Assembly (NCBI RefSeq): GCF_036321535.1 | Contig: NC_087436.1 | Coordinates: 60,886,001-60,950,000, forward strand | DNA from: Camelus dromedarius | Taxonomy: Eukaryota | DNA: 64,000 bases | Direction of reading: 5' to 3' | Shown: one piece after another, positions 1-11,600 of the stretch | How positions within the stretch are numbered: position 1 is the first letter of the stretch | Layout: each line of letters begins with the position of its first letter | Made by a program: the position numbers and the translations under genes | The notes under the pieces: generated by a model | What the model was told of the DNA's origin: nothing | What the model saw: only the letters and a program-made list of their open reading frames with translations | The model's database searches: none

Positions 1-144
1 ATATCTCTTAGCTTGCCTTTTTCAGAATAATATATAAATAGAATCTTTTTTATCTGACTTCTTTCACAAAAGCATGATCTCAGTGCTTTTGAGATTCGTC
101 TGTGTAGTTACGTGTATCAGTAACTAGTTCCTTTTCATTGCTTT

Positions 145-685
145 TGAAGGGGTCAGCATATCCTCTCACTGTGGCATAAAGATTATTTTTAGCAGAAGGC
201 ATTTGAATTCTTAAAATCTCTTATCTTTCTAAAAGCAGGACTAAAAGAACTCAATTGTCATAAATCCCCTCCCCCGGGATTCACCAGAGATGACTAACTC
301 TTATGGGTACGAGAAGGCTCCACACATCTAATGAGACATTGTCACAAAACAATTACATCTCCTATCTATTCTTCAGAGGCCCATTTACCTTTCCAAAAAC
401 TCATTTGTTTTCCCATGAGTACCCTTTCTCCTTCCACTCCTCTTATTGAGAACTGATTTGTTTTCCCATTAGTGTCTTTTTCTCCCTCCTCTTCCCCTTT
501 TAAGATGGTATATAAGCCCTAAATTCTAACTACCCCTTGAATCACATTTTCCTCTAAACCCTCTGCATAGTTTAACAAAAATATGGTGGTTAAATGTTAT
601 CTTTTGCTAATCTGTCTTCTGTCATTTGAATTCCAAAGACTCCAATCCCTAAAGAGAGTACAGGAAAAGTTTTAACTCCAGCACA
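145..685 (+). mobile_element. Solo ERV1-class LTR (MER34/MER39-like) inserted in an old L1
   Basis: TG...CA ends with a 4-bp CTTT target duplication (141-144, 686-689); start TGAAGGGGTCAG...TGGCATAAAGATTATTTT resembles recalled MER34-type LTRs; TATA-like TATATAA near 509. Confidence 0.65.
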
Positions 686-895
686 CTTTATTCCATTGTA
701 TGAGTGTATTGAAATTTGCTTATCTGTTCACTATTTGGGCTTTAGGACTGTTTCAATTTTTAGGCCCTTCCCTACAGGGTCTTTGCATGGTATAAATTTT
801 CAATTTTATTCAGTTAACACTTGAAATAAGATACCTAGATTATGTTCTAAGTGTCTCTGTAAGAAACTTCTTCAAGACTGTTTTCCAAAAAGGTG

Positions 896-1497
896 TGTTA
901 CCCAAAAACTGGGTTTGCCTCTTGGTGGGTGTTGAGCTGAAAGGCACGACCAAGCCAAAGACTAGGGGAAGTACAGCTTTATTGTCTGCAGCAAGTAAGG
1001 AGAACCTCAGGGATCTTTCCCAGAGCAGTGTCTCTCCAAAAAGAAAAACTGGGCAACTTTTAAGCTAAGGGTGTATGCATATTCATGAAAGCTTGAGCAG
1101 AGAATTAAGCATAGAATTGGGACAAAGCTTGACACAGTCCTAGCTTTAGTTGATTGAAGTCACTGAGGGTCAGAAAAGGTCAACATCATTCCATCCTCCA
1201 CCTGTGGGGTCTGGTTCCTGCAGAACTCAAAGATATGTATCAAAGTGTTATGTAGAGCCCTTGAGGAGGAACTAGGACTGTGTTTTATTTGCTGAACTGT
1301 TGCTTCTTGACTGCTTTTCCTTTGTTCCTGCCTTCCCTCGTTTCCCTTAAGATCATTAATTACTGAGACCTGTTCAAGGACAAGCATCCCAGCCAGGCTT
1401 AGATTACAAAAGGTTTAGATCAGATTGGCTTCTTTTATGTCAAGAAACCCATGCCTGGTTCTTTATCTCAGGGGACCCCCCCACCCCCACCCTTTCA
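896..1497 (-). mobile_element. Solo ERV LTR, 602 bp
   Basis: TG...CA ends; 4-bp TSD GGTG/GTTG (1 mismatch); interrupts L1-like TTCCAAAAAGG|TTGTACCAG; TTTATT near 978 is AATAAA on the minus strand. Confidence 0.65.
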
Positions 1498-3837
1498 GTT
1501 GTACCAGTTTTCATTTCTCCTCAATATTTGAATATTAAGGTTGCTCAGCATCCTCATCAGCACTTTATATTGTCTGTTGTTTTACTTTTAGCCATTCTAG
1601 TAGGTTAAGGAATAATTTGATGACAAGGAAATGTCCACCAAAGAAATGTTTATTTATAAACCAAAGCCTGGTTTTAGCTTTGGCTGGGTTGTGTACTTTG
1701 TTACAATTTTGATTTTATTGACTGTGTCAGGAATAAGATCATATGGAGAACATACAACACAGTACCTTATCTCTCCAGGTCTTCACAGTCACGTCAGAAA
1801 GGGGAAGGAAGATATGTACGATAGTGTGCGTTTCACGGCACTTTAGGAGTACAGGCTGGAAGACTTTGCCTCTTTCTGGGAGGAAGGGAAAGGCTGCCAG
1901 AAGTTGTTCTGTTTCCCCTAAATTGATGATGAGCTTTGTAGGTTAAAATGTCAATGCTGGGTCTTGAGTATTTTTAAAAGCAATAGAGAACAATAAGGGT
2001 TTTCTTGCCAGAAAATAGGCTTAACATTAAAATAGGCTCAAGAGTTAAGGAAATGTGGATCTGAAGAGACTTCTTGCCTCAAAAATATACTGCTGTATAG
2101 CTGTTGAACAAAAGTAGCTCATCAGGCCCAAAAGAGTAAAAGATGTTTTAGGGAAGGGCAACTGCTAGGGCCAGTGAAGAGAGTTTAAGATACATGGAAA
2201 GATCAGCAGACAGGTTGGAAATCTGAGCCCCTGGGTTCTGGTTCCACATGTGCCCTAACTAGTTGTGCAAACCTGGGCAAGCCAAATGTTTGCAGGCCTG
2301 TCTCCTTTCATCTATAAAACAAGAGCTTGAACCTCTGACAACTCTTTCAGTTGTGACATTTTGTGGTCTGCACACCATATGGAGGGAGAATCTAGGAAGA
2401 AGGACAACAGGGAAGGCCAGAGGAGAGAGATGGAATGCAGGGAAGGGGCAGGGCAATGCAGATGATGGGCTGTGCAGGGAGAGGGGTGAGGCTTGTATTT
2501 AAACAGGGGAAAATGGAGAGACCCCTAAGGCCCAGACAGTAAAACTCCACCAAGGAAAATCCAAGGAGATATTGGTGTGTGGAACTAGGAGTGTGTTAGG
2601 AATATAATATGCAGAAGAGCAGGAAGTGAGATTTTCAACAGGAAGGCAGCAGTTAGGGACCTGTGATCTGGGAGCATTTATTTATCCATTCAATGAATAG
2701 TTATTGAAAAGGAGATATTTTTAGGGGCCATTCAAAGAGGCAGACCAGCATTGATCATGAGGGAAGTCTATGATGGGGACTGAACTGGGGATACTGATAA
2801 GGGTATGGAGGGCCCCACTCTGATAGACTGATACCAAGCTAGGATCATGTGAATTAACACACATATGTTGAGCAACTACCATGTTATAGACACTGCCTTT
2901 CCAGAGCTTGGTTCTAGTAAGGAAAGGTAAACAATAAAAGGATAAATAAATAAAGTATATGGCATGTTTGTTCGGGATAAATGGTAGCAAGAAAAACAAA
3001 GCAGGGAAGGACCATAGGATTGGATGTAAAGGGAAGAGGCTGAAATTCTAGAGTGTGGCCCCTGAGAAGGTGACCTCTGATCCAAGGAGGGGAGGAGATG
3101 AGCAGCATGAACAGAGAGGTACTGGATAGTCTTTCAGAAAAGGAACAGGAAGCAGAACAAGTGACCTGAGTTGGAAGAGTAGCCAGGGTTCAAGGAGGCC
3201 AGTGAGGTGAAGGGAAAAGGAACAAGGGGAAAGTGGTTCAAAGTGGTTCAAAGAGCCAACAAAGTGGGCTCTGTGAGAAGGCAGGAGGAAGCCCAGCTCA
3301 TTCTGGGGCTCCCTGGCTTGCCTCCCTCCCTTCTCTCAGCATTTAGAAGCACCTCTGTGGCTCAAGCTGCAGACACTGTCAGTGATAAAACACTGTGTTC
3401 CAGTTCCTGAACCAGGGCAAAAGGTCAGGGCCCAACTGGCAGCAGGGTAGACAAAGCTGCCATCAACAGAACTGGACTGGGGTCTTAAATCCCTATCTTC
3501 AGACACCATCAGTCTTGAAGCCAGTGGGGCTCAAGGCCTCCTGGTGGATCTCCCCACTGAGGGCAAAAGAAGCTACAGAGAAGATACTGGGGCTCCAGGT
3601 ATATTGAACTGAAAGATATACAACTGTTGTAGGAAGTACTTGTACAAGATTCAAAATGTAACAGAATAAAATGCACCCTAGATTTCTAAGCTGCTGAAAA
3701 TTTGAGGTATCACTATTCAACTTCTTCATTTTCCATACAAAACTCAAGAGAAGTGATTTCTCAAAGCAACAGAGGGTAGGAGAAACAGTTCTCTAGCCTA
3801 CCTGGACAGTGCACTTTCTAGTCTATCACTACATTTG

Positions 3838-3868
<31 letters not shown>

Positions 3869-6379
3869 CACCAAAAGTTTCAGAATAAGGTCGTAGAGAG
3901 CAGAAAGCACTATTTTAAGTTATGTTGTAAGTTCACTGTTTACTAAATGAGAAATAGAAATTGTGCTGACTCAGAGAACAAGAATTTCAGAGCCAGAGTT
4001 CAATTCCTACAGGATTGGTTATATCAGGAAGAGATTCCTGGAGGTGCAAGCAGTAACAGGTACTACTGGAAATGTAAGGAATATGGGAGAAAGGCCCCAA
4101 ATAGTCCAATTTTGTATCTTTGGCTGGTGAAAGCTAGAGTAGAAAGAAAAGCTTTTAACATCAAGATAGAGACATGTGTACCCTAACTTTTAATAAATAC
4201 TAACCTTGAGTAAGATGTAACATTGAAAGCAGATTATTGAACTTCAGTGTAACATTAATGTGGGTTCTGTCAAAATGAGCTTTTTTTAAAAGTGAATAAT
4301 AATTAGGAATAAAAAGCTTATAGAAGTTCAGAAACAATACTTAACCAAACTTTTGAAATAAATCTCTAGAGAAAAAATATTACTAAGAACATGCAATAAT
4401 TAAAATTTTTTAAATGATTAATTCAATTTGTGGGAAAGAATCCATAGGCTTAGAACTAAAAGACCATAGCTCAGTCACATTTCAAAGTCTTTACTTTGCA
4501 GAAGATCTTAAATTTTGGACCCAGCAAAGTAAAATTCTGCCCCTTGAAAAACAATTAAGAATTCAAGTTCATAGCACCAGCTTCTCCCAAGGAAAGTTTC
4601 TATCAATTTGTGATTTGGCCTTAAATTTGACCTGTGGTCTTCATGTCATGATAATTTGGGTTACTTTGAGTATGCCATCTCTTGAAGAAGGGCCTCTGCT
4701 AATTTTAAATGAATTCAGCTGCTGATTCACTATTCATCTATTTACATCACAGTATGTGGGAATAAATTCACAATTAATAAAACATTTCCAGTAAGCAGTC
4801 AGACTGAGTAATTGAAGGACATTTAGTAAGTTTAAAAAGAGACATTTCATTTTTGCTTTATTGGACATGAAAAAGGAAAGGTTTTTTGTTTTTTGTTTTT
4901 TGTTTTTGAGGTCTTTGATAGAGGCTAGAATTGTTCCCTGGGCTATAGCATCTTAAAAAGCTATGCAGCCTCAAATTGGAGTTTAGTTTAAAAAAAAAAG
5001 AAATTAGAAAAAAATGAATTTAAAAAAGAGAAAAAATGTAGAAAAGTTTGTACCAGGCCTATGAAAATTTTCTTCCTTCTTTCCTTCCTTCCTGCCTTTC
5101 ATTCTTTCTTTCCCAACCCCACCATTCTCTCTCTCTCTCTCTTTTTCTTTTACCCTTCCTTTCTGCCTTTCTTTTTTTTTTCTCTTGGGATCAATGAAAA
5201 CGAATACTTCTTAAGTTTGATTTATGGGGAGAGCTTGCATTTGATATTAAAACCTTTGATGGGGTTAAGCACCTTAGGGCCTTCATTACATCTTGTATCT
5301 GACACTGCATTAATATATATGATAATATATTGTCCAGATTTAGGGAAACAGGTCTACTGAGGAGTAGAGCAGGAAAGTACAGTCTGGAAGCTTTCTCATA
5401 GGAGAAAAAAGTGAAGGCACTTGAGAGAGATGGAACTGGGGGAGCTGGAGGAGGAGATAGGGTAGTCTCAAGTAGGTTTTTGAGCTTGCTGTTTTCACTG
5501 TGTATAATGTTCCCTCACCTATTTTCCACCTGTTGAAATTCTAATTCTCAAAGCCAGAGTGGATAATCACGTATGGTGACAAGTTTTTAGATTCTTTTAG
5601 AAGCTCTCCCTACTGTAACCCCCAAAGTGCTTGCTGCTACTTCTATTATAATACTAGTGATAGTCCAATTTACCTTAAATCTGGTTAGTCAGGGCCTTGA
5701 ATGTCACACTAAGGGGTTTAAAGGAGCCATAAAACGTCTGAGGACAGCTACGATTTAAGATATCCAAGCACTTCTGGTACAAAAAGAAGGAAAAGGATGC
5801 ATGAAACTACCTTCTCTTTCACCCTCTCTCTCTAGCATACTACTGTGTACCACGTAGCATGCATGGTGACCCCACTTTATAAATCTGTGAGCCAGATTTC
5901 CGATAAGTCGTGAAGAGCCTCCAAGTCCTCACAACCCTCTTTACCCCCTTTTATCTGAAGGTTATTGCTCCACTGAAATCTTACTCTGAAGGCTCAACAT
6001 TGACCCGCTACGGCCACTTCTAGGGACTTGTCCCCTCTCTCAACAATTTTGGGTCCACAACCTTCCCGAAACATTTTCTTCTCACAACCCAGTAACTGAT
6101 TCTGTTTCTCTCCCTTACTGTCAAAATTTGGAAGGTATTTATTAAATATATAAGGTTGAAACGAAGCTTAATTAGTTAAGTGTGGCTATCTCTTGGAGGC
6201 TTTAAGAGATTCTGAAAGGTATTTTCGCGAGCTTTAGACTTGAAACGGCGGGTGTTAAAGCCTGTATGTTTTTTTAACAGCTTTATTCCCAGCATGCACG
6301 CCAAAGCTGGGGGGTAACATTTCTGGCATTTGTTTATAAAGGAAATCAAGAAAGGGTGCGAGGCTCGCTTCTTTTTTGA

Positions 6380-8110
6380 CTTAAGGGCCAGAGTCAGGGG
6401 CCGGGCGGATTAAGCGCGCCTCCATTCCAGCTAGGGCCCAGAAGAAACCCCTTCGCCCAGGGGCGGGGCGGGGAGGGGAGGGCGGGCCGGGCCAGGCCAG
6501 GAGGCCACGCGCGCCAGCGGCGGAGGGGGCGTGTCCCGCGGGCGCGCGCGGGCGGCGAGGGGGCGTGTCCCGCGGGCGGCGGCGGCGGCGGCGGCGCGGG
6601 CCGGGTGCACGGCGTAGCCTCCTGTGCTGGAATGTGCGGCTCCGGGGAGCTCGCGGCGCAGCGGCCCAGCAAGCGCCGCCGAGGCCCCTGACCCCAGACC
6701 CCGACGGCGGCGGCCAGGCGAGAACCGGTAGCCTGAATACTCTGTGCAGACCCACTCCTGCGTCTTCGCGGGCCTCGACGGCCCCAGCGTCCAACTTTTC
6801 CACTCTTCCTCTCCCCTCCCCCGAAACTCCAGCAACAAAGAAAAGTAGTCGGAGAAGGAGCTGCGACGCCGGGTCGTTACCCCTCCTCGTCAGGGAAGGC
6901 CGGTAAGTGCGACGCGGTCTGAGGACGGTAGCAGGGAGGGAAGGGGAGAGCCGTCCGGGCGGCGGTGGCGGCAGCGGGAGGGGGAGGGAGAGGGCGCGGA
7001 AGGACGCGGAGCGAGGCGCTGTCCAGGGCTGATTTGCAGATACTATGGCTTCGGCGGCGGCGGCGGCCCGGGCTGACGGGGGCGAGCAACCGCGCGAGAT
7101 CGGGTTACACCGCCGCGGCCCGGGGGTTGGGCCGGGGGCGTCCGTGGGGAGCCACTCGGCGCCAGGACCCCCTCCCCAGCTAAGGCCCGGCCGCCGCCTC
7201 CGCGCGGGCCCGGGCATCCCTCGGAGTTGGGTCCTGTGGCGAGGAGCGGAGCTGCTTGGGGCCCTAGTCCTGAAACTTCCTCTCGTTGTCCTCCTGCTCC
7301 AGGTCCCGCCGCAGCCCCTCGCCTGCCGGCGCCCTCCCGTCCCCCTCCCTCCGGCCTCTCCCTTTCGCCGGAAGGCGCCGTTGAGTGCGGCGGGGCGGGT
7401 TGAGTCAGCCCGGGGCCCGGGCAGTTCCACCAATGGGGCTGGACAGCGATTTCTACGCTCCGGCCGCCCGCCCGGCCAGGTCCTCGGCGCCGGGCCACTT
7501 CGCGGGCGGGGACGGAGAGGCCAGGGCGTGCGTCCCGCGGGGCGCCGTTGGGGAGTGAGCCCGCAAACTTCCGGGGCGCGGGGGGCGGCCGGCGCGCTTG
7601 GGGCCCCCTCCGGCGCTCGGGGCCCGGAGCCTCGGGAGGGCGCCCGCGGAGGCTCCCCGGCCCTCTGCTGAGGGCGAGCCCAGCGCCGGTGAGGAGCCGG
7701 GACGGCGAGACGCGGTAACTTTCCTCCCTCTTCCCGGACTCGGGCTCTTGGGCCGAGAGGGGGCAGCCTGGACTGGGGAAGACTGGGTCTGGCCCAGCGG
7801 CGCCCCGAGTTTGCCCACCTTGCCTTCTTTAGTGTTGGGTAGCCCAAGAAAAGCTTCAGGACGAGAGTTGGGGAACTCGACGAGTTGGGTTGTCACTGTG
7901 TGGCAGTGAGTGAGGCGAGCCGAGAGGAAGCGAGAGCGCCCGAGTTTGCAGAGAGCTGCTTTGTGTTTGGTACGTATTTTGAGAAAATGGCCGAATGCCT
8001 ATTTCAGTCCGGAATGCCGCCGCCGAAGCAGGCGCTGGTGGCAGCAGCACGTAGGAATTCGTGCAACATGTTGGGTTTCCGGGTTGTGCTTGGACGGTCT
8101 TCCTGACCAA
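6380..8110 (+). promoter_or_regulatory. REST: REST CpG-island promoter
   Basis: Very high GC/CpG density, multiple GC boxes (GGGGCGGGGC, GGGGGCGTGTCC), (GGC)7 at 6575-6595, YY1-like AAAATGGCCG at 7984-7993; upstream of the REST coding exons. Confidence 0.92.
6580..6902 (+). other. REST: REST non-coding first exon (5'UTR, exon 1a-like); start approximate
   Basis: Strong donor CCG|GTAAGT at 6903; CCCCGAAACTCCAGCAACAAAGAAAAGTAGTCGGAGAAGGAG...GAAGGCCG matches the recalled mammalian REST 5'UTR. Other candidate first-exon donors at 7715 (GTAACT) and 7970 (GTACGT). Confidence 0.75.
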
Positions 8111-8688
8111 CGTGCAAATTCCTTTAGGGTTGGTAGGGTTTGGGGAGTAAGAAGAAAGTAGATGTTTGAGTAAGTAGACTAGCTGTTATGTTAAGCCCTT
8201 GGACAGCTTTTGCTTTGTGTAATGGCATTTGATTCCAACTTTGTTGGTACATAAACTCAACCGGCTTGAGTTTATGCAGTCGGGTGAAACGGATTACGTT
8301 TTTGGGTTTAACGTAATTTTTTTTAGTCCTTACCACTTGTTTTGCTTTTTTCCAATTTGCAAGAGAAGATCTAATTAGAGAATAACATCTTTTAGATTGA
8401 AAGTAAAGTGGCTAAGGCAGTTTATAAAAAAGTCCAACATGTTTTCAAGGTGCTCTTGTAATGGCCACTAGGCAATTGGGCCAAGTCAAGTACAGTGCAA
8501 AAAGTTGCTGATTGTGGAGATGAGTTGACCAGTTACTTTATTATAGGGTTTGAAAGTTTCTTTATTTACATGTGTGAAGTTTTGAATATACCAACTTGCC
8601 TTTTCACAGGAAAAAAGGCCCATAATTTTCATTTTTAAACAGATTGTCATCAAAAAAACAAGAAACTAAGTGGTAAGTTTTCAAAGCA

Positions 8689-11600
8689 CAGTGGACCCTT
8701 GAACAACAGGAGTTTGAACTTTTGGGGTCCACTTATACCTGGATTTTTTTTTCAATAAATATATTGGAAAAATTTTTGGAGATTTGCAGCATGTTGAAAA
8801 AATTTCCAGATGACACACATAGCCTAGAAATACTGAAAAAAATAAGAAAAGGGTACCCATGAATGCCTAAAATATATGTAGGTATTGGTGTATTTTATCA
8901 TTTACTGCCATAATATATACAGAAATCTAATAAGAAGTTAAAATTTATCAAAACTTATACACACACACACTATACATGGCACCATTCCCAGTCTAGAGAA
9001 ACGTGAACAAATGTAAAGATGCAATATTAACTCATAACTGCATACAATTAATTGTAGTCCATACAGTACTACTGTAATAATTTCATAGCCACCTCCTATT
9101 TTGGTGAGCTCAAGTGTTCCAAGTATCCACTTAAAACACCCTGTGAGTCTAGTCATTTCCGTGTGAGCAGTTGGTCTTTCCAGTAAATTGTGTATTGTGC
9201 TTGAAAAGTCATCTTGCAGTTCATCTCGTTTGAGTGCAATACCAGTGCAATACCTGAGTGTTCATCATGTTTAGTACAATACCAGATATCTTGAATAATA
9301 CCATGGGACCCATAGGAAGTGCCACTAGTGATGCTGGAATTGCTCCTGAGAAGCAGAGAAAAGTCATGACTTAATAAGAAAAAGTTGAATTGTTTGATAT
9401 ATACCATAGATTTAGTTCTGCAGTTTTGGTTGCCCATCATTTCAAGATAAATGATTCCAGTATGAAGATCATTGTTAAAAAAGAAAAGGAAATTTGTGAA
9501 GTTATCTCTGCAGTTTTGCTAGGAGACACTAAAGCCTTGCACTTTTTGCTAAATACTTTTTTTCCCTCTTGTTTTGAAAAATACATCTTTTATGTGAGTT
9601 TAGGATGACTATAAGAAAATTATACCTATAGAAAAAAAAAAGTGAAGTTATTTTATGATTACTTAAAGTGAAAGGAAGGTGAAGGATCTAAATCTTGAGA
9701 ATTTAATACCAGCAGAGGGTGGTTTGGTAATTCTAGAAAGAGTTTTGCCTTAAAAAATATCAAGATAATGGAATCTGCTTTGAGTTCCCAGATGTCATTA
9801 ACAAAATTATTGACTAGAAGTCTGTCTTGCCTAAACAGATTTTTAATGCAGAAAAATGTGCCCTATTCTAGAAAAAATTGTCACAAAGGTCATTCATTAG
9901 TAAGGAAGAGTTGCAAGCATCCGGATTTAAGGCTGCTTTAAGGGTAACTGTTTTGTGCAAATTGAGGTTTTGATCAGAACTGCCCTTACCTATAAAATTG
10001 CTAATCCCCCTAGCCTTAAAGGGAAAAAGATATATTCTAGTTTCTAGTCTTTTGGTTGTACAACAGAAAGTACTGTGCAATAAAAATACTCTTCTGGACT
10101 GGTACCATTGATGATTTGTCCTCAATCATGACATAACTTGCAGTAACGGATCGCCTTTTTAAGTTGTTTCATATTGGACAGTGCCCCTGGCCACCCCTTC
10201 CCCATGAGTTCAACATCGAAGGTGTGGCACACATCTTTTCAGCATCTAGATCAGGGCTTCATAAAGACTTTTAAGGGTTGTCACACATAGTACTCTATGG
10301 AAAAGTTTATCAACACTATGGAAGCAAAACCCAATAGTACATCATAAAAGTCTGTAAGAATTACACCATTGAAGGTATCATCATTGTGATAAAAAATGCT
10401 GTGAAAGCCATCAAGCCTTAAAACAATGAATTCCTGCTGGAGAAAACTGTGTGCTGATGTTGTGCATGACGTCATGGGATTTATAACAGAGACAATCAAG
10501 GAAATCATGAAAGAGATTGTGGATGTGGCAAAAAGGTGGGGAGTGAAGGGCTTCAAGATACAGATCTTGGAAAATTCAAGAGCTAGTAGACACCATACCA
10601 GAGAAATTTTATTTTTTTTTATACATTCAGTGCTTTCGTGTGTTTTTTTTTTATTTTTTTAACATTTTTTATTTGAATAATAGTCATTTTACAATGTTGT
10701 ATCAAATTCCAGCGTAGAGCACAATTTTTCAGTTATATATGAAAATATATATATTCATTGTCACCTTTTTTTTTCGCTATGAGCTACCACAAGATCTTGT
10801 TTATATTTCCCTGTGCTATACAGTATAATCATGTTTATCTATTCTGCATTTTAAAATCCTAGTCTGTCCCTTCCCACCCCTCGCCCCCTTGGCAACCACA
10901 AGTTTGTATTCTATGTCTATGAATCTGTTTTTGTTTTGTATTTATGTTTTGTTTTGTTATGTTTTGTTTTTAGATTCCTCATATGAGTGATCTCAAATGG
11001 TATTTTTCTTTCTCTTTCTGGCTTACTTCACTTAGAATGACATTCTCCAGGAACATCCATGTTGCTGCAAATGGCGTTATGTTGTCGGTTTTTATGGCTG
11101 AATAGTATTCCATCATATAAATATACCACATCTTCTTTACTCAGTCATCTGTTGATGGACATTTAAGCTGTTTCCAAGTCTTGGCTATTGTAAATAGTGC
11201 TGCTATGAACATTGGGGTACAGGTGTCGTTCTGAAGTGGGGTTCCTTCTGGATTTATGCCCAGGAGTGGGATTCTTGGGTCATAAGGTAAGTCTATTCCT
11301 AGTCTTTTGAGGAATCTCCATACTGTTTTCCACAATGGCTTTCCTTTCTTCCCTCTCCCACTCTTAATGGGAGTCTTCTTTTACAATTTTGTCTTTATTC
11401 TTTTTGTAATTCATGGCAGTTATCTCCTTTCCAGTTATGAGTTTCTCATTTTTGTAGCATCCTGCTTCTTTTCTATTTAGAGTAGACCTGTCAGTATTTC
11501 TTTTAGCATGGGTTTAGTGTTGCTAAACTCTTTTAGTTTTTGCTTGTCTGTGAAGTTCTTTATCTCTCCTTCTATTCTAAAGGATAGCCTTGCTGGATAG

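Noticed and set aside
6381..7847. 488-aa minus-strand ORF and other long overlapping ORFs in the REST CpG island
   Set aside because: Begins at TTG, low-complexity Arg/Pro/Gly/Ala, several frames open at once; expected from stop-codon scarcity in GC-rich DNA.
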